Shown one piece after another: positions 1-12,600 of a stretch of DNA of 64,000 nucleotides. Source of the DNA: Stylophora pistillata (Eukaryota); the NCBI RefSeq assembly GCF_002571385.2, contig NW_019217883.1, forward strand, positions 110,189 through 174,188, written 5' to 3'. The number at the start of each line of letters is the position of its first letter. Within the stretch, counting starts at the first letter, position 1. Under the pieces are notes generated by a model. The model was not told the DNA's origin and made no database searches. It was given only the letters and a program-made list of their open reading frames with translations. Position numbers and translations under genes: made by a program.

Positions 1-660
1 ATAGATGTTCAGTAGTACAAGTCGGGGTACAAAATGGCGTAACTTTGCAATTAACCCGATAGTCTTACTAATTTTTGTTACAATGGAATCAATGTGATAT
101 TTCTATGAAAGATTCTGATCAATAAGTACGCCCAGGTATTTTGTGTAGACTTTAGACTCGAGACAAGTATACTTATTCTTATCATTATCAAACATGTAAA
201 GTTTTGGTTGGTAAGCAAGTCGCTTTTGAAAGGGATGAAAAATTACAAAATTGGATTTCTTGATGTTAAGAGTTAGTTTGTTAGCTGTCAACCAGTTATA
301 AAGGTTTTGTAGCTCAATGTTGACTATTGTCTCAAGATCTTTCAGATTTTTTTCTGTATACAGTATGTTAGTGTCGTCTGCAAATAGGTAGAACCTGAAT
401 TTGTTCGAGCATCTGTGAATATCATTGACATATAACAAGAAGAGCAACGGTCCAAGGATTGATCCCTGAGGAACGCCACATCCAACGACAGCTTTATCTG
501 ATATATGATGGCCTACTTGTCTTGTTTGGGTGCGATTTTTGAGATATGAGGAGAACCAATCATTAATTATTCCGCGAAAGTCATAGTGATTGAGCTTATC
601 AAGTAAAATGTCGTGGTCAACGGTGTCAAAGGCTTTTTTAAGATCAATGAAAATGTTTAC
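1..660 (-). mobile_element. 5'-truncated non-LTR retrotransposon (CR1/L2-like) reverse transcriptase fragment, in an intron of the B4GALNT-like gene
   Basis: ORF 103..675 has RT motifs IFIDLKKAFDTVDH, GVPQGSILGPLLFLLYVND, FADD and KYLGVLID. The stop at 103-105 is TAG where TGG is expected (NLS*KYHIDSIVTKISKTIGLIAKLRHFVP), and the frame continues to the window edge. Confidence 0.92.
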
Positions 661-775
661 CTCGTGAAGCTTCATTGTACTCTTAAATAATTACAAACTC
701 TAGCAGTCGTACTCGACTGGGATCTTAAAGGTCTCCAGTAACATACAGAGCAGTAGACAATTGTTTTTTAGTTAC

Positions 776-3700
776 CGCTACTTCTACGTGATCTTGGTTA
801 TACTTTTGCTTTTGAAGAACCTCCACATAATATGCTTTTCCCGCTTCAAGTCTGGAAGGGACAGAGAGAAAATCCAGCTCAATAATTACAGTGCGACCGC
901 TCATAAAGAGGATGAGAGGCGGTACGTGTAGCTCAGTGATAAAGTGCACGACTCCAGGTGGAGAGGTCTGGGTTCGAGAGGTCTGGGTTCGAGAGCTGGC
1001 TGGGTCAATGTGTCGTGCTTTTGGGCAAAATACTTTCCTCCCACAGTGCCTCTATCCACTCGGGAGTATAAATAGGTACTAGCGAATTGTCAGGGAAGCC
1101 TGATGAAATCCTGACGGGTAACCTTGTGGTGGACTGGCATCCCGGGGGGGGGGGGGAGTAGTAATGCTTCAAGTCGCTTCATTCTGAGGAAACCGGGATA
1201 AGACTCGGTTGGGTACTGTTACCGAGGTTTCTCGCAGAAAACTGACGAGTCCAACTACAAGTTGCCCGCATTAAATCCCTTCTAAAAACTTTTTCACCTT
1301 TTCTTGTCTTATTCTTGAGTATCTTTTGCTACAAGTGGATTTGGCTAAAATCATTGTTCGTTTCCTACAATGTGATTGGCTTATAATGTTCAGGTGATTC
1401 TAATGAGAGTTGGTATCGACTGACAAATCAGTACACTGAAATACCTCTTGAATCCTTTACCTGATGGCCTCTGAGGTTTGAGACGCCTTTACTTGAAACT
1501 TTCCGAAATGAGTACTGGCTCCATACTGGTTACCAGGCTGTTTTGAAAGAAGTGAGATTAAGGATTGTTATACAGTTTGTTGTCTTCTTTCGGAATTGTC
1601 ACTGAAGTGTTTAGAATTTCAGTAGTCTTCGATTAAACATCTACAGGGCACGCATGAGGCCAGGTTTGGCTGTATCACGGGACCTGTTTAGATCAATCGC
1701 TGAATAAACGAAGAGTGCTTTTCGCACACGATAATTTGTTAGTTCAGAGTCGAGTGGTAGCTTAGCAATATAGATTCACCTGCGCGCGCAACCAAAGCAA
1801 ACAAAATGGCTTTCTACTTCGCAGGTGTTTCTAAAGAGGAAATTACTCTGATGACTGAGATTGCCAAAAAAATATTCAATAAAGGTAACAAAGTTTTGTT
1901 TGACTAAAAACATTTTCAGTATACTTACGTCTCCAAGATAGGCAATTTTTTTCGAATTTTTTGGATCGTCATTTGAACTCAACCAGAGCTCTGAACCGTC
2001 AGCTGAGCTAATAGCGAAAACAAAGTCACCTAAAAAGTTGACACAAATAAAAATTGAGATGAAGAAATAATTAGTGTTACTAATTTTCCTTCTTTATTTG
2101 TCGAGTCAGTATTCAGTGTGTTATCTCATTTATTGATCAAGAGCAAGCTGCAGAGCTCAAATTTAACAGAACGGGAGAACGAGCGACCACTAGCGAAAGC
2201 GCGGGAAACCATAAAGTAAAGACTAACGCGGGAAACCATGGACTCGGTGAAAAGCGCGGGAAACCACGAATTAGCGACAAGCGTGGGAGAACTTTAAATT
2301 GGTGAAAAGCGCGGGAAACTACGAATCCATTAACAAGCGCAAGAAAACAAAGAAACTAGTTGAAAACGCGAAAAACCATTAAACATGCAACAAGCACGAG
2401 AAGCAATAAAAACCGGTTACAAGCATGGCAAACTTTGACAGATAAAGCCCGGGAAACTATATAAACCACCATACCAGTGACATGGGCGGGAAACCATTGG
2501 CTACTAATTATAAGAATAAAGTGCCTTGAAACGTGAAGTCAGCGAGAAGCTGAATCCACACAGAGAAGTTTCTAATGACGAGCGCGGGAAACAGTCATAA
2601 CATTGCCTGAAAATTTTTTTACCTGTGGTCGGAGGATGAACGTAGCCAAATATTCGATTTCCGCTCAGTGACCTTTTTGTTACATTTGTAGCGAACTTGT
2701 CAAGAACAGTGTTGACCTGATAAACAATGGAATAATAAATAATCATTAAAACATGAAAACGTACACAGACCAATTCAAACATGTACTCCGTCGTAAATAC
2801 TGAAATTCAAAACTTTTTAAAGCTTCAAATCGCTATTCCGGTGATGCATGATGGGTAGGAAACTGAAACCAACTGGTTCACGCAATTATGACAAACAAAC
2901 CTGAAGTTCATCTTCTGTTTTAACTTTGTTTGTTTCTTTTATTTTAATCTTGAGTGGAAAAAAGGCCCTGTAAGAGGGCATGTTTGGAAAGGTGCATTTC
3001 GCAAGAAGACACACAACTCACTGACTTCTTCCAAAACTTTTCTCGGACTGGACTGTGACGCACTTAAAACTGGACCACTGCTTGTCTCGCTTTCCGGAAG
3101 TCAGTGTTCAAAAGGTGAGTTACTGATTTCGCATGCTATGGGCTGTTACAACCGCTTATCAAACAAATTCAACTTACTTGTGGTTTAAAAGGAAATAGTG
3201 GTTCTCTTCTTAGATCGTCAACGGCGTGTCCACACCATCCGCGCCACTCATGCAGGTTCAGATGACCATTTACCTGAAAACGAAGTAATCATGATTTAAT
3301 ACAAAGTAATCATGATCTAATACAAAGTAATCATGATCTAATACAAAGTAATCATGATCTAATACAGTTCTTTAAATCATTGAAAAAGTGTATCTTTACT
3401 GGGCGTAACAGAATTCCGCTCTACTCACAGATGTCCTATTTCTGAATTGTTTGCAGTTAACTCCAGTCAATTCGTCGCCATCACTCAATTTTCCATCTGT
3501 GGAGAAAGGTCTTTGTGACTCTTAGTTACTTTTAGCCAGTTCAGCTGTTATTTGAGAAATCCCTGTATTTTCTCTTGACGTCGGCTGCGCATCTTTTTCT
3601 GTATAATTCGCTCCACCATTCTCTAGACCTTCCTCTGTATCAGTTGATCTTACGACTGGAATGTTCTCCACATGTAAAAATAATCCGCGATTACTTCGAA

Positions 3701-4966
3701 AAAAGGCCGGATCAGTCAACTTCTCATTGGAAATCTCTGGGGGTTTTTTAGATCAATAATTAAAAAAATCAGTTAAAAAATATTGAAAAAAACCAAAAAA
3801 AAACAAAGGAAGAGAGAAAAAATTAAAGGGAAAGAAACAAAGAGGGGGTGGCGATGCTGTGTTGGTGGAATTTCATATACGATAATTTAGTTTTATCAAC
3901 TAAGTACTTTGTTGAAGTAATTGGCCACCGTAAAGAGTTTATAAAGCTAACGCTTTGAGTGTTAGCCATTCGTCAGAACGATGATGAAGAGCTAAAGCAA
4001 ATTATCTAATTCATGGTATAACACTGGGTCGCTCACTTTCTCGCTGTTCAGTAAAACTCCTCCTCAAAAGCAATTATTACTAAATATAAACTCAATATGA
4101 CGCAAATTAAAGCATTAGAATGAGATAGAAATGGCCATCGAGAAAACGTAATGAAATTTTGGGGGAGGATTCGAAACTGAAACTTCGAACACCTATGCGA
4201 TATTTCGATCTTTTTCAGAATTTTCGAGTTTGTCTGTTGTGTTATCAATGGCTAAGAGCTGGTTAACATCGGTAGCGTGTCAGTTTCATTTGGTTTTCGT
4301 ATTTGTTGATGGCTTCAAATATATTGAATAGTAACCAAAATTCTAACCTTCTGAAGTAAAAAGTCCTCCGATGAGAATTCGCTTTAAAACTGAAATTATC
4401 TCCTAAACGAAAGGGAACTTATGAATAAAGAAGATAAGTTTCGTCAAGTGCCCTGACTTGTATCACAGTTGAGTTACCAGTAAAAGGACTTCCTTCAGAA
4501 AAATTTGAGGGAAAATTGCTATATATTTCACTTTATTCCTGTCACTATCATAATTATAAAATTTAAACTAGAAGTTTTTGCCAAGGCAAACCGTATGTAA
4601 CGATGATTGATTTTAAAGTCAGTCTACGTTATCAGTAGGACATAGAAGAACCAGCAAGATAGAATACTTTCGTAATCATCTTACCATTAAAAGAATATCG
4701 ACAGAAGTCTTTGTTCAGATTTCCCAATCTAAAATGTCATATAATTATTAATTTTGAATATGGAGCTACTAACCTAAGGGCAAGGTTCTTACAATACCTG
4801 AGTTTTTCGTCGAAGAACAGTCTTGTTTGGTAACCCGGGCGTCACTCGATCGAACTTCGTCGACGATAAAGAAAAAAAGAGATTGTAACAATACGACAAC
4901 AACCATCAGCCATATTAGCGTTTTCAATCGGCGTCGTGGCACTATTGAAACCAAAGTTTGAAACAT
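776..4966 (-). CDS. B4GALNT4: Beta-1,4-N-acetylgalactosaminyltransferase 3/4-like (N-terminal signal anchor + PA14 domain), partial; continues off the left edge
   Basis: Phase-compatible GT-AG exons: 4966-4774 (or -4798), 3736-3429 (or 3496-3429), 3273-3178, 2716-2623, 2029-1929, 1537-1461, 851-776. Translation VNGHLNLHEWRGWCGHAVDDLRREPLFPFKPQ / RIFGYVHPPTTGDFVFAISSADGSELWLS / YYVEVLQKQKYNQDHVEVA matches the recalled vertebrate B4GALNT3/4 motifs (VNLHVFEDWCG..LRRNLHFPLFP, RIFGFIHP, ASDDNSEFWLS, YYFELLHKQ..DHVEV). B4GALNT3 vs 4 orthology cannot be resolved. Confidence 0.85.
914..1215 (+). mobile_element. tRNA-derived SINE with Deu/Nin-like central domain
   Basis: A-box-like TAGCTCAGTGATAAAG, B-box GGTTCGAG with a 15-bp duplication (gagaggtctgggttc x2), then GGGCAAAATACTTT..CACAGTGCCTCTATCCACTCGGGAGTATAAATAGGTAC. 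Related copies at about 9240-9370(-), 30370-30750(+), 32990-33265(-) and 35770-36050(+). Confidence 0.75.
2190..2600. repeat. Degenerate ~28-bp minisatellite with conserved AAGCGCGGGAAA core and variable linkers
   Basis: About 12 cores at ~2197, 2225, 2252, 2279, 2307, 2335, 2364, 2392, 2421, 2446, 2485 and 2581. Confidence 0.8.
3283..3366. repeat. 21-bp tandem repeat (aagtaatcatgatctaataca) x4
   Basis: Read directly. It lies just inside the intron, next to the acceptor at 3274. Confidence 0.95.
3884..4000 (-). mobile_element. Degenerate Penelope-associated repeat with a decayed hammerhead-like motif
   Basis: Minus strand reads CTGACGAatggctaacactcAAAGCGTTAGC...TTTACGGTGGCCAATT. The ACGGTGGCCAATT...TCAAC..GTTGATA tail recurs at about 9897-9945 and 13801-13850. 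Confidence 0.5.
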
Positions 4967-5844
4967 AGGGTTCAGTCTTGGTTTAAATGCTCCGGAAAGG
5001 AATAAACTTTGTGGTGGAAAATCCGGTTGTATGTACTGTCAACTGCGTTTTAATAAAGCTCTTCATTATGCAGATCCTAGACTTCTACCAACAAAACATC
5101 GTTTCCTTTTGTAAATCGGTGTCGCTGATTTTCAAAAAGAAAATAACGTGGGTCTGTTGCCAAGCATTTGAAAAGGATTTTGAAAGAATGTAAACTGATC
5201 TAGGCAAACTGTGAGGTCATAAATCGTGTGTTCTAATTGAAACCTTGCGAGGATTAAGGATGAAAGGGAAAAAAGTTGTATGAAAAATAGGAGTCTTAAA
5301 AGACAACAAGGCCACTGCAATTTCACAGAAAACATCTTTGATTAAGCACTAGTCGCTGTGATACAAAGACAAATATTCAGCCTTGGTGTCTCGCAAATGA
5401 ACGGCCAGTAAAGTGACAATGTGGAGTTTTAGTAATTACTTTAGTAATTTTTAATCGTTTTGGTAAACTTTATTTTGAAGACTGGAACACATAAAGATTC
5501 GACCATATTTTGGTAACCGAAACTTGCGTTAATTTTCTCACTTCTGGACTGAGAATTTTGCGTGGGTTTTAATATGCAGGTTGGTTTTTTTATGCGGTTT
5601 GCGATGACACAGTGTTTCAGCCAGAGATGACTAAAATCTCCGCCTTGAACTATAACGAAGGTCCTTTTTACCCCTTTGTAAAACTTAGTCACGTAAAAAT
5701 ATTCTGCCTTTTCATGCACCACGAATAATATTCAAAACTCTTTCACGTTCACGCGAAATTCAAGATACTTGCGTTGAATTACTATTTTATTTTTCTAATC
5801 TTGACCAGTCTTACGCAACAAAAGATGATGTCATGTCTCATCTC

Positions 5845-5949
5845 GGTTGTTCAAGAACCGGTTGTTCAAGAACCGGTTGTTCAAGAACCGGTTGTTCAAG
5901 AACCGGTTGTTCAAGAACTGGTTGTTCAAGAACCGGTTGTTCAAGAACC
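5845..5949. repeat. 15-bp tandem repeat (ggttgttcaagaacc) x7
   Basis: Read directly, with one C>T variant. It produces the spurious VVQEP ORF. Confidence 0.95.
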
Positions 5950-6429
5950 CACTTTTATGACTTTTATCGATGTACATGAAGTCCAGCTCCTGTCAAAACC
6001 CAACCACAGCCGTTCAAGAGCATTACATACATTTTCAAAACAGTAAAATAACCGGAAAATCATCACGCACAACGAAATGATTTACGAATCACGTTTGATT
6101 CAGCTCTTAATTCACAGGTCACATTTGAATAAAAAATTCGTTCACGTGGACACGAAGAGATCTTAATATCTTTAATAACCATTCACGAATGAAAAAAGTC
6201 AAATCACGATTAACCAGAAAAAAATCGCCCAATCATGCTTCACTTAAGAAGTATAGGGGGCCCTCTACAACGAACCTTCACAGCAAAACATTAAGGAGGA
6301 AAAAAAAGCGTACTATCTATCAAGTAATTTCATATTTCATAGTGAGGGCCGCTTAGCGGGTGATGATTTAAGATTGATAATGCGAGTGAGTCCATATACG
6401 AACTGTACAAATTAGGTTGATCAACTTAA

Positions 6430-6592
6430 CGGCCTGCACCCAGTTGGCTTGTTAGCTCAATTGGTAGAGCGCTGCACTAGTATCGCAGAGGTCAGTGATT
6501 CGAGTCCCGTACAGGGCTGATTTTTTTCAGGTCTGATTTTCGCTATTGCATAAATAGTGCTATCTACTGCGAGGATCGTGCATCATATGTAA
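6430..6592 (+). mobile_element. Solo copy of the tRNA-Thr(AGT)-like repeat unit (cloverleaf 6446-6518)
   Basis: GGCTTGT TA GCTC AATTGGTA GAGC G CTGCA CTAGTAT CGCAG AGGTC AGTGA TTCGAGT CCCGT ACAGGGC T, followed by a T8 run. Both flanks resemble the 61.5-62.8 kb array unit. Mismatches in the T-stem, acceptor stem and anticodon stem suggest a pseudo-tRNA/SINE. Confidence 0.8.
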
Positions 6593-6672
6593 TTTTGGTA
6601 CAAGTTGCTAACAATTTTCCTTTTACTCCTTTCTTCTTTCATTGTTCTTTCTTCATCTTTTTTCTTCACTCT

Positions 6673-9600
6673 TTATAAGACAAGATCATCATAAAGAATT
6701 GCGCCTGAAGCTCGCCTGGACACTGCAAAGATTTCACTCTCTTTCTCTGCCGGCTGGGTGTCGTCAAAAGTTGCAAAGATCTTCCCTTTCCCTTTGGCAA
6801 CTGGTTTACGTTTCTTATTAGCATTCCATGACTGTTCAGCCCCGGCTCCCGGGTTAGATTTTTTCGTTGCAGGCCCCTGATTTCTTCCTTTTTTACTCTC
6901 CTTTCCCTTTTTGCTTTTCTTCTTGTTTTTCTTTGAAGTATTTGCGGCCGCAATCTGTTGTGCCTCAGCATTTGTCATCATGGCTAATTCTCTCTCCGAG
7001 ACAGGAGGAAATGTGCATGGGATTCTCTTTTGACTGATCTGCCACGGCATGAACAAATTGCAATCCATGGCGACGCTGGGAATATCTCCCTCGGTGTAAT
7101 GCAACACACTAATAGGCGCCCTCGTTTTCTGAAGATCATACGAAGATTTTACAGACCCGGACTGCCAATGAACACTTTTGTACAAACAGTCGTGGATCTC
7201 TCCAGCTTTGTGAGACAGAATGTAACTAGCCTCAGGCAATCTCTTCAATGCTTGGAAAACCTGAAACACCATTTTCATTCCCTGTGCCGGATTAAAACCC
7301 GTCCCTTGCTGAAGAATATCGTTGATGGATAGTTCGTCAACTCGAAGCAGTTTTGAATTGTAAACATTAATTCTGCCGCAAACGATTCTGGTATTCTGGC
7401 GGATGAAGCTGTTTAGCCAAAACCGTCCAGCCTCATCGTGCGACAGTTTTTCGTGACCGAAGTCAGGATGGTATTCGAGTTTTGGGAGAACACTGAAAAA
7501 GGTATAGCACTTTTGTTTATTTTGTTGCTCTGCATAGGCATCCACACTGCATCGTATCAAGACTTTGAACTTCCCGAATCTCCACAGATTGTAAACGAAG
7601 AATTTTTCATCATACTCTTCACACGTCTCGTTTTCGTCGAGATTCTCAACTTTAGGTTTCAAGGCACCATCAGATATTTTTGATTTCTTCACCTCAGAGC
7701 ACTGCCTCTCTTCATCAGTAACTCGACGCTTCCGTCTTTCGGAATTAGTCGCCGCGGTGGAAGAAAACTCTTCACTACAAACATCGGCCGCCGTTTTTTC
7801 CACCTCCATTATTTGTGTGCCGCTCCCATTGGAGCTAATAGTTTTTTCTCTGCCATCGTCAGCTGTTTTGTTTTCTTTGCTGTTTTTATGACACACTAAC
7901 CTGCGTAAGGCACGCTTGAAAAACTTCACGTTAACATCACGAGGTGTGACTTTCTGTGGAGGAAAAGGCTTGTCCACAAACACCACTCTGTGAGCGCAAA
8001 TTTTTTCATGGTCATCTGTGCGAGAAGAAAAGAAAAAACATCATTTTTGCTTGTCATCAGATGCGTCGTGTTCCGGAATCAAAGGGGAGCTGTATTGCAT
8101 ATTTTAATACAATTCAGTCTACCGAACATGGCTTTGTGGAAATAACAAGATAGTGTTTCCTTCCGATAACAGTTACAGCCCAAATTTTGTTGCTCGTGAG
8201 GAAAAGCTTCAAGAAATATTAGAGTTGCACTGGGTTACGCCTCCAGAGCACTTCTAATGCATCTTTCATGCTCTCCAAACTTTCCGCGATCTTCATATCC
8301 CGACAACGCAAGAACCAACTGTTTGCTGTAATTCGCAAGTGTTGGTGTTATTTAGCAGCTCAGTTCTAAACAAACCTTGTACTCGCTGAACAGTGACAGG
8401 CAACTGCCACTGCCTGCCATAATCAGGAGGCTGATTATCCAGGAGAATGTTCAGTCCACTTGATGAGATTACAATGTCAACTTTATGCTTCCTGGCCAGA
8501 CTGACAGCAATCGGGTCCTCACTCACAACCTATGGGGGGAATGGGTGAGTAATTGTACTTGAACGAAAGGTTCCACAACATGAACCATTTGTAAAATTGA
8601 CATCAATTGATCATACAGTTGAATATAGAGGGCGTCCTTCAACATTAAGAAACAAGTCTAGGGTTTATAAGACCATCTTTGTGTCTGTCTCAGAAAGGTA
8701 CATGTTGGAGCAATTTTCAATTGACTGCTGAAAGAAAGCTAGGATTACATTGGTTTTACTTTGTTTCCTTCTGTCATTCTTGCTACCCTGGGTGGATCGT
8801 GGAGAGGGGCAAAGAAAAAGTGACACTTCTGATGCCCAACAACAATAGGAACAACACTCTGGACCTCTTAATCTGAAATTGAACATGCGAACCATTTGAT
8901 ACCTAAAATTAGCCCTTCCCACAACATTCTTTTGCTGAGTACCTTACTAGACTTTGTCTTTTCTTGCACTGACTTCGCATCTGGAACAGTTAGCCCTGTC
9001 TCTAATAGTGTAAGGTCTGTGTCTTCAGGCAAAGAAAGCTTTGGAATATTTCCCTGATTAAAGAAAAGAAAAACATAAATCTATTCATTACTTGAAAAAA
9101 TAAAAGGGAGAGGTTATGGGGGGGGGGGTACCAATATTCTTTTTAAAGAGGGTAATACATCTGATGTCAAAATGCTCTCCTTCAATACTTTCAAATCTCT
9201 TCTAATCCCCACAGGACATTCATTCCTATCAATTATTTTTAAGTGCATGAAATACCTAGCCAAGAAATACCTAGCCTTAGTCCAAGAACATGACACAGTG
9301 TACTGGTCAGCTCTCAAATCCAGACCTCTCCACCCAGAGTCCTGTGCACTAGTCACCAGGTCACCACATCTCACACTGATTGAGTTGGTACAAAACCCGA
9401 AATTGAAATCCATTAAGTCTTGCCCTGTACTTACCACTTGCAGCAGTGTTTGCTCGAAAGTGAGAACTGCATCTGATTTGAAAACAGCTCCAACAGATAA
9501 GCCAATGGTTCCATGCAAGGAATAATGACGCTGTGTAAAAAGAACACAATTTGCTATTCAAAGCAAGTTTCAGTGTCCCCTAAGAATTTTTTCTTTTATG

Positions 9601-12600
9601 GCAAGATCTTAAAAGCATCACAAAATTGAAGTAACTCACCTGATACTTGTTGACCCTTTCTGTCACTCTTCCGTCAATGTCAGCCTAAAGTAACATACAA
9701 ACAACAGGGGTTAATTGTCCATTCAATAATATGCCATTGAGAACTATTCGCTTGGAAAATTTGTAACCACAACTTTCTTTTTTTTCCTTTTTGGAACAAA
9801 TTGAGTGATACTGAAAGAGTCTTTGACAGTAAAGAAGGGAGTAAGTTCCTACAAAAACTATGTCAGTGCTGCACGAGTAGGGGGTATTACAAGGTATCTG
9901 AGTTGATAAAGTAAATTGGCCACCGTAAAATTACATTATCAACTTGTTTTTAAGGTGCTTAAAAACAAAGCTTATCAAGATTTTTAATGGAGCCTTTTGT
10001 TGTAGTTAATTAAATAACCCTTCCGCTATTAAGATCTTGTAGCAATTCTCCTTACTGTCTGCCATACTATTCTTACAATGTTATTATGAGGCGTGAGGGG
10101 TCCAGCGGTGAGTGCACTGGACTCTGGGACAGATGGCCGGGGTTCAAGTCCTGGCTGGGGCACTACGTTGTGTCCTTAAGTAAGTCGCTTCACTCACATT
10201 GCTTCATCTTCTCGGATAAGACGTAAAGCCATAGGTCCCGTCCCCTGCAGGGTTAGAGGTGGGAGATGTTTATTTCCCACGCACGAGATTACTGTGTGAT
10301 GGATGTCCTCCCCTGGGGTGGGATGGGTGGGAAGGTGAGATCATTACATGGACTGAAGTGGCTGCCAGAGGCGCCTGATAAAATGCTGACATCCGATCTC
10401 AACCTTAACAACAACATGTAAGGCACTATCGATCAGCGCATGTAAATACGCGCTATATAAATTGGTAAATTATTATTATTTCAGAGATTTTGGTATTGTA
10501 TCAATTAACAACCCTAAAATTGATATTTTTCTTCATTCTCATCACTTGTCTACTTCATATAGTATAGATAATATAGGGAGAAATTCTGTCTTGGTCACCC
10601 ATAGAAGGTTAAATTTCTCCTGTTATCACAGTTCCTTACCTTGAAGTCATCCCAGACATCAGGGTGGATAAAGTTGTACAAGTGATGGTTGACTTTTGCA
10701 TGGCGACGCACAAACTGTTGATAATCACCTTGTTCTAGCATCACTGTATTCTTAATATCCTAGAATAATAAGTCCATTGAGGAATGGTGAGAAAACTTTA
10801 ATGTTCTTTATAAACTAATGTCACTTTGGATTTAGATTGAGATGCTTTGAATACTGTGCTCCATTTTCTGAGGGGGTAGCAATTTGAAAGTCGCAATGAA
10901 GGGCAAAAGCACTTAGAGCGCCGAGGAGTAAGGTTCCTTGAAAATTGATTCAATTACAGAACTTCTTTTCCAATACTGAATAAACCCTGCTTTCCTAACT
11001 CCTTCTAAACTACTAGTGACCACATACAATGTTGCACACTACCTACAAGGTAAGAAAGAAAAAACTCAAGTTACACTAGAGGGGTGTAAAAGAGGGGAGG
11101 GGAGGGTGATCTCAGATACAATCATGCAGGAAAGCAAATAAAGGTGCCATGACTTTTACCACACATTGTAGCTTAACCCTTAATCCTCCCTAACATCAGT
11201 ATGCATATTCTCCATACTATTCTCTATACATTTCCTGAGAAAGGAAAAATTGAAGTTTCTAGGGTTGGTGATAATTTCCTTTATTACATCCATTTTGAAA
11301 TCACTGGTTGTCCCTGTAATCTGATTGGCTCTAATTGGTGCGATATATTCATGAATTGCACCATTTTTTGCTCTAAATCGCATCATTTTACACTTGACTG
11401 AGTTTTTGACACATGACCTCAGTCTTTCTGTTTTGCATACAAAATAAGATGTAAAAGGGTTTCTGGTTCCACTTATTATTCAAAAACCAACTCAGTACTG
11501 CATCAGTAAAATATTTGAATTGACCAAGTCCCATATTTGGGCAATTCAAAATGGATGTAATAAAGTGGTAACTGAACCTTGTGTGTGCAATTTTGGTCTG
11601 AAATCATACTTGTGATTTCAAATTGAACTCACGCTGCACACTTGTTCGATTTTGAAATCAACGCATATATGATTTCAGCCCTAATAATATACATGAAGAA
11701 ATTTCTCAGTTCTGATTGGTTAAGATGAATGCAGTTTTCAGTTAATTCAGTGCAGAAGAGAATTAATTCAGTGCAGAAGAGGGTTAATGGCAAAGAAAGA
11801 AACAAACCAGACATTCCGATTGGTCAATGTCAATGTCAAAGTCAAGGTCAATGTCACTTTCAGGGTTTGAATAAATTATTTTTGCAAGTGATGCTCGCAC
11901 TTTTCTTCTGCATAGTTATGAGAAGCTACCTCTTATTTTTTCATGTATATTATTAAGAGATAATCACATGATTTTCTCGTGCAATTTGGAATTAATAAGC
12001 ACTTGCAAATTTTTTCAAAGACCTCATATTGCACTCGCCCAACGGGCTCATGCAATTTTGTTAGTCTTTTAAAAAATTTACCCGTGCTTATTTATTTCAA
12101 ATTGCACTTTAAATCATGTGATTACCTATACAAATTGCACTCCACTCAGTTCAATTACCATTATTTATTCTCATGATCTCAAATAACAATTATGCAGTAT
12201 TGCTGTAAGTAGAAATTAGATACTGGTCACTTTTAGGGTTTAAAGGGATAAACAGTGCATATGTGTAAGTGGTTTAGTTTGGCAATCTTTCCTCCACTTT
12301 AACTGGTTTGTTTTAATACTTAAAGTCATATCACCAACTGAAAAAAAGTATCAGATAATAACAACTCATTTGTTTACAAACCTGAATGGCTTTTATTTCT
12401 TGCAGATCGACTTTGGCCAGCTGACCAGATCTTAACGCTTCCAACATTTCAACAAACATCTTCTGACTTTCAATGCTGACTTTTGACATAACAGGGAATT
12501 CCAATGATGGGCCCAAAAAAGTTGGGGTACTCTTAGCTCTACCTTTCTCAGCACCTTTGCTTCTAGCTCCTTTCTCAGTGGTTTCTGAACCGTCCTGTGT

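Noticed and set aside
2190-2600. CRISPR array (conserved repeat + variable spacer look)
   Set aside because: Eukaryotic intron, 12-bp degenerate core, ~15-bp linkers and no cas genes.
3945-3980. Active hammerhead ribozyme on the - strand
   Set aside because: The GAAA core has mutated to AAAG and helix II is disrupted. Kept only as a decayed repeat.
5774-6046. ORF with VVQEP repeats
   Set aside because: Translation of a 15-bp tandem repeat.
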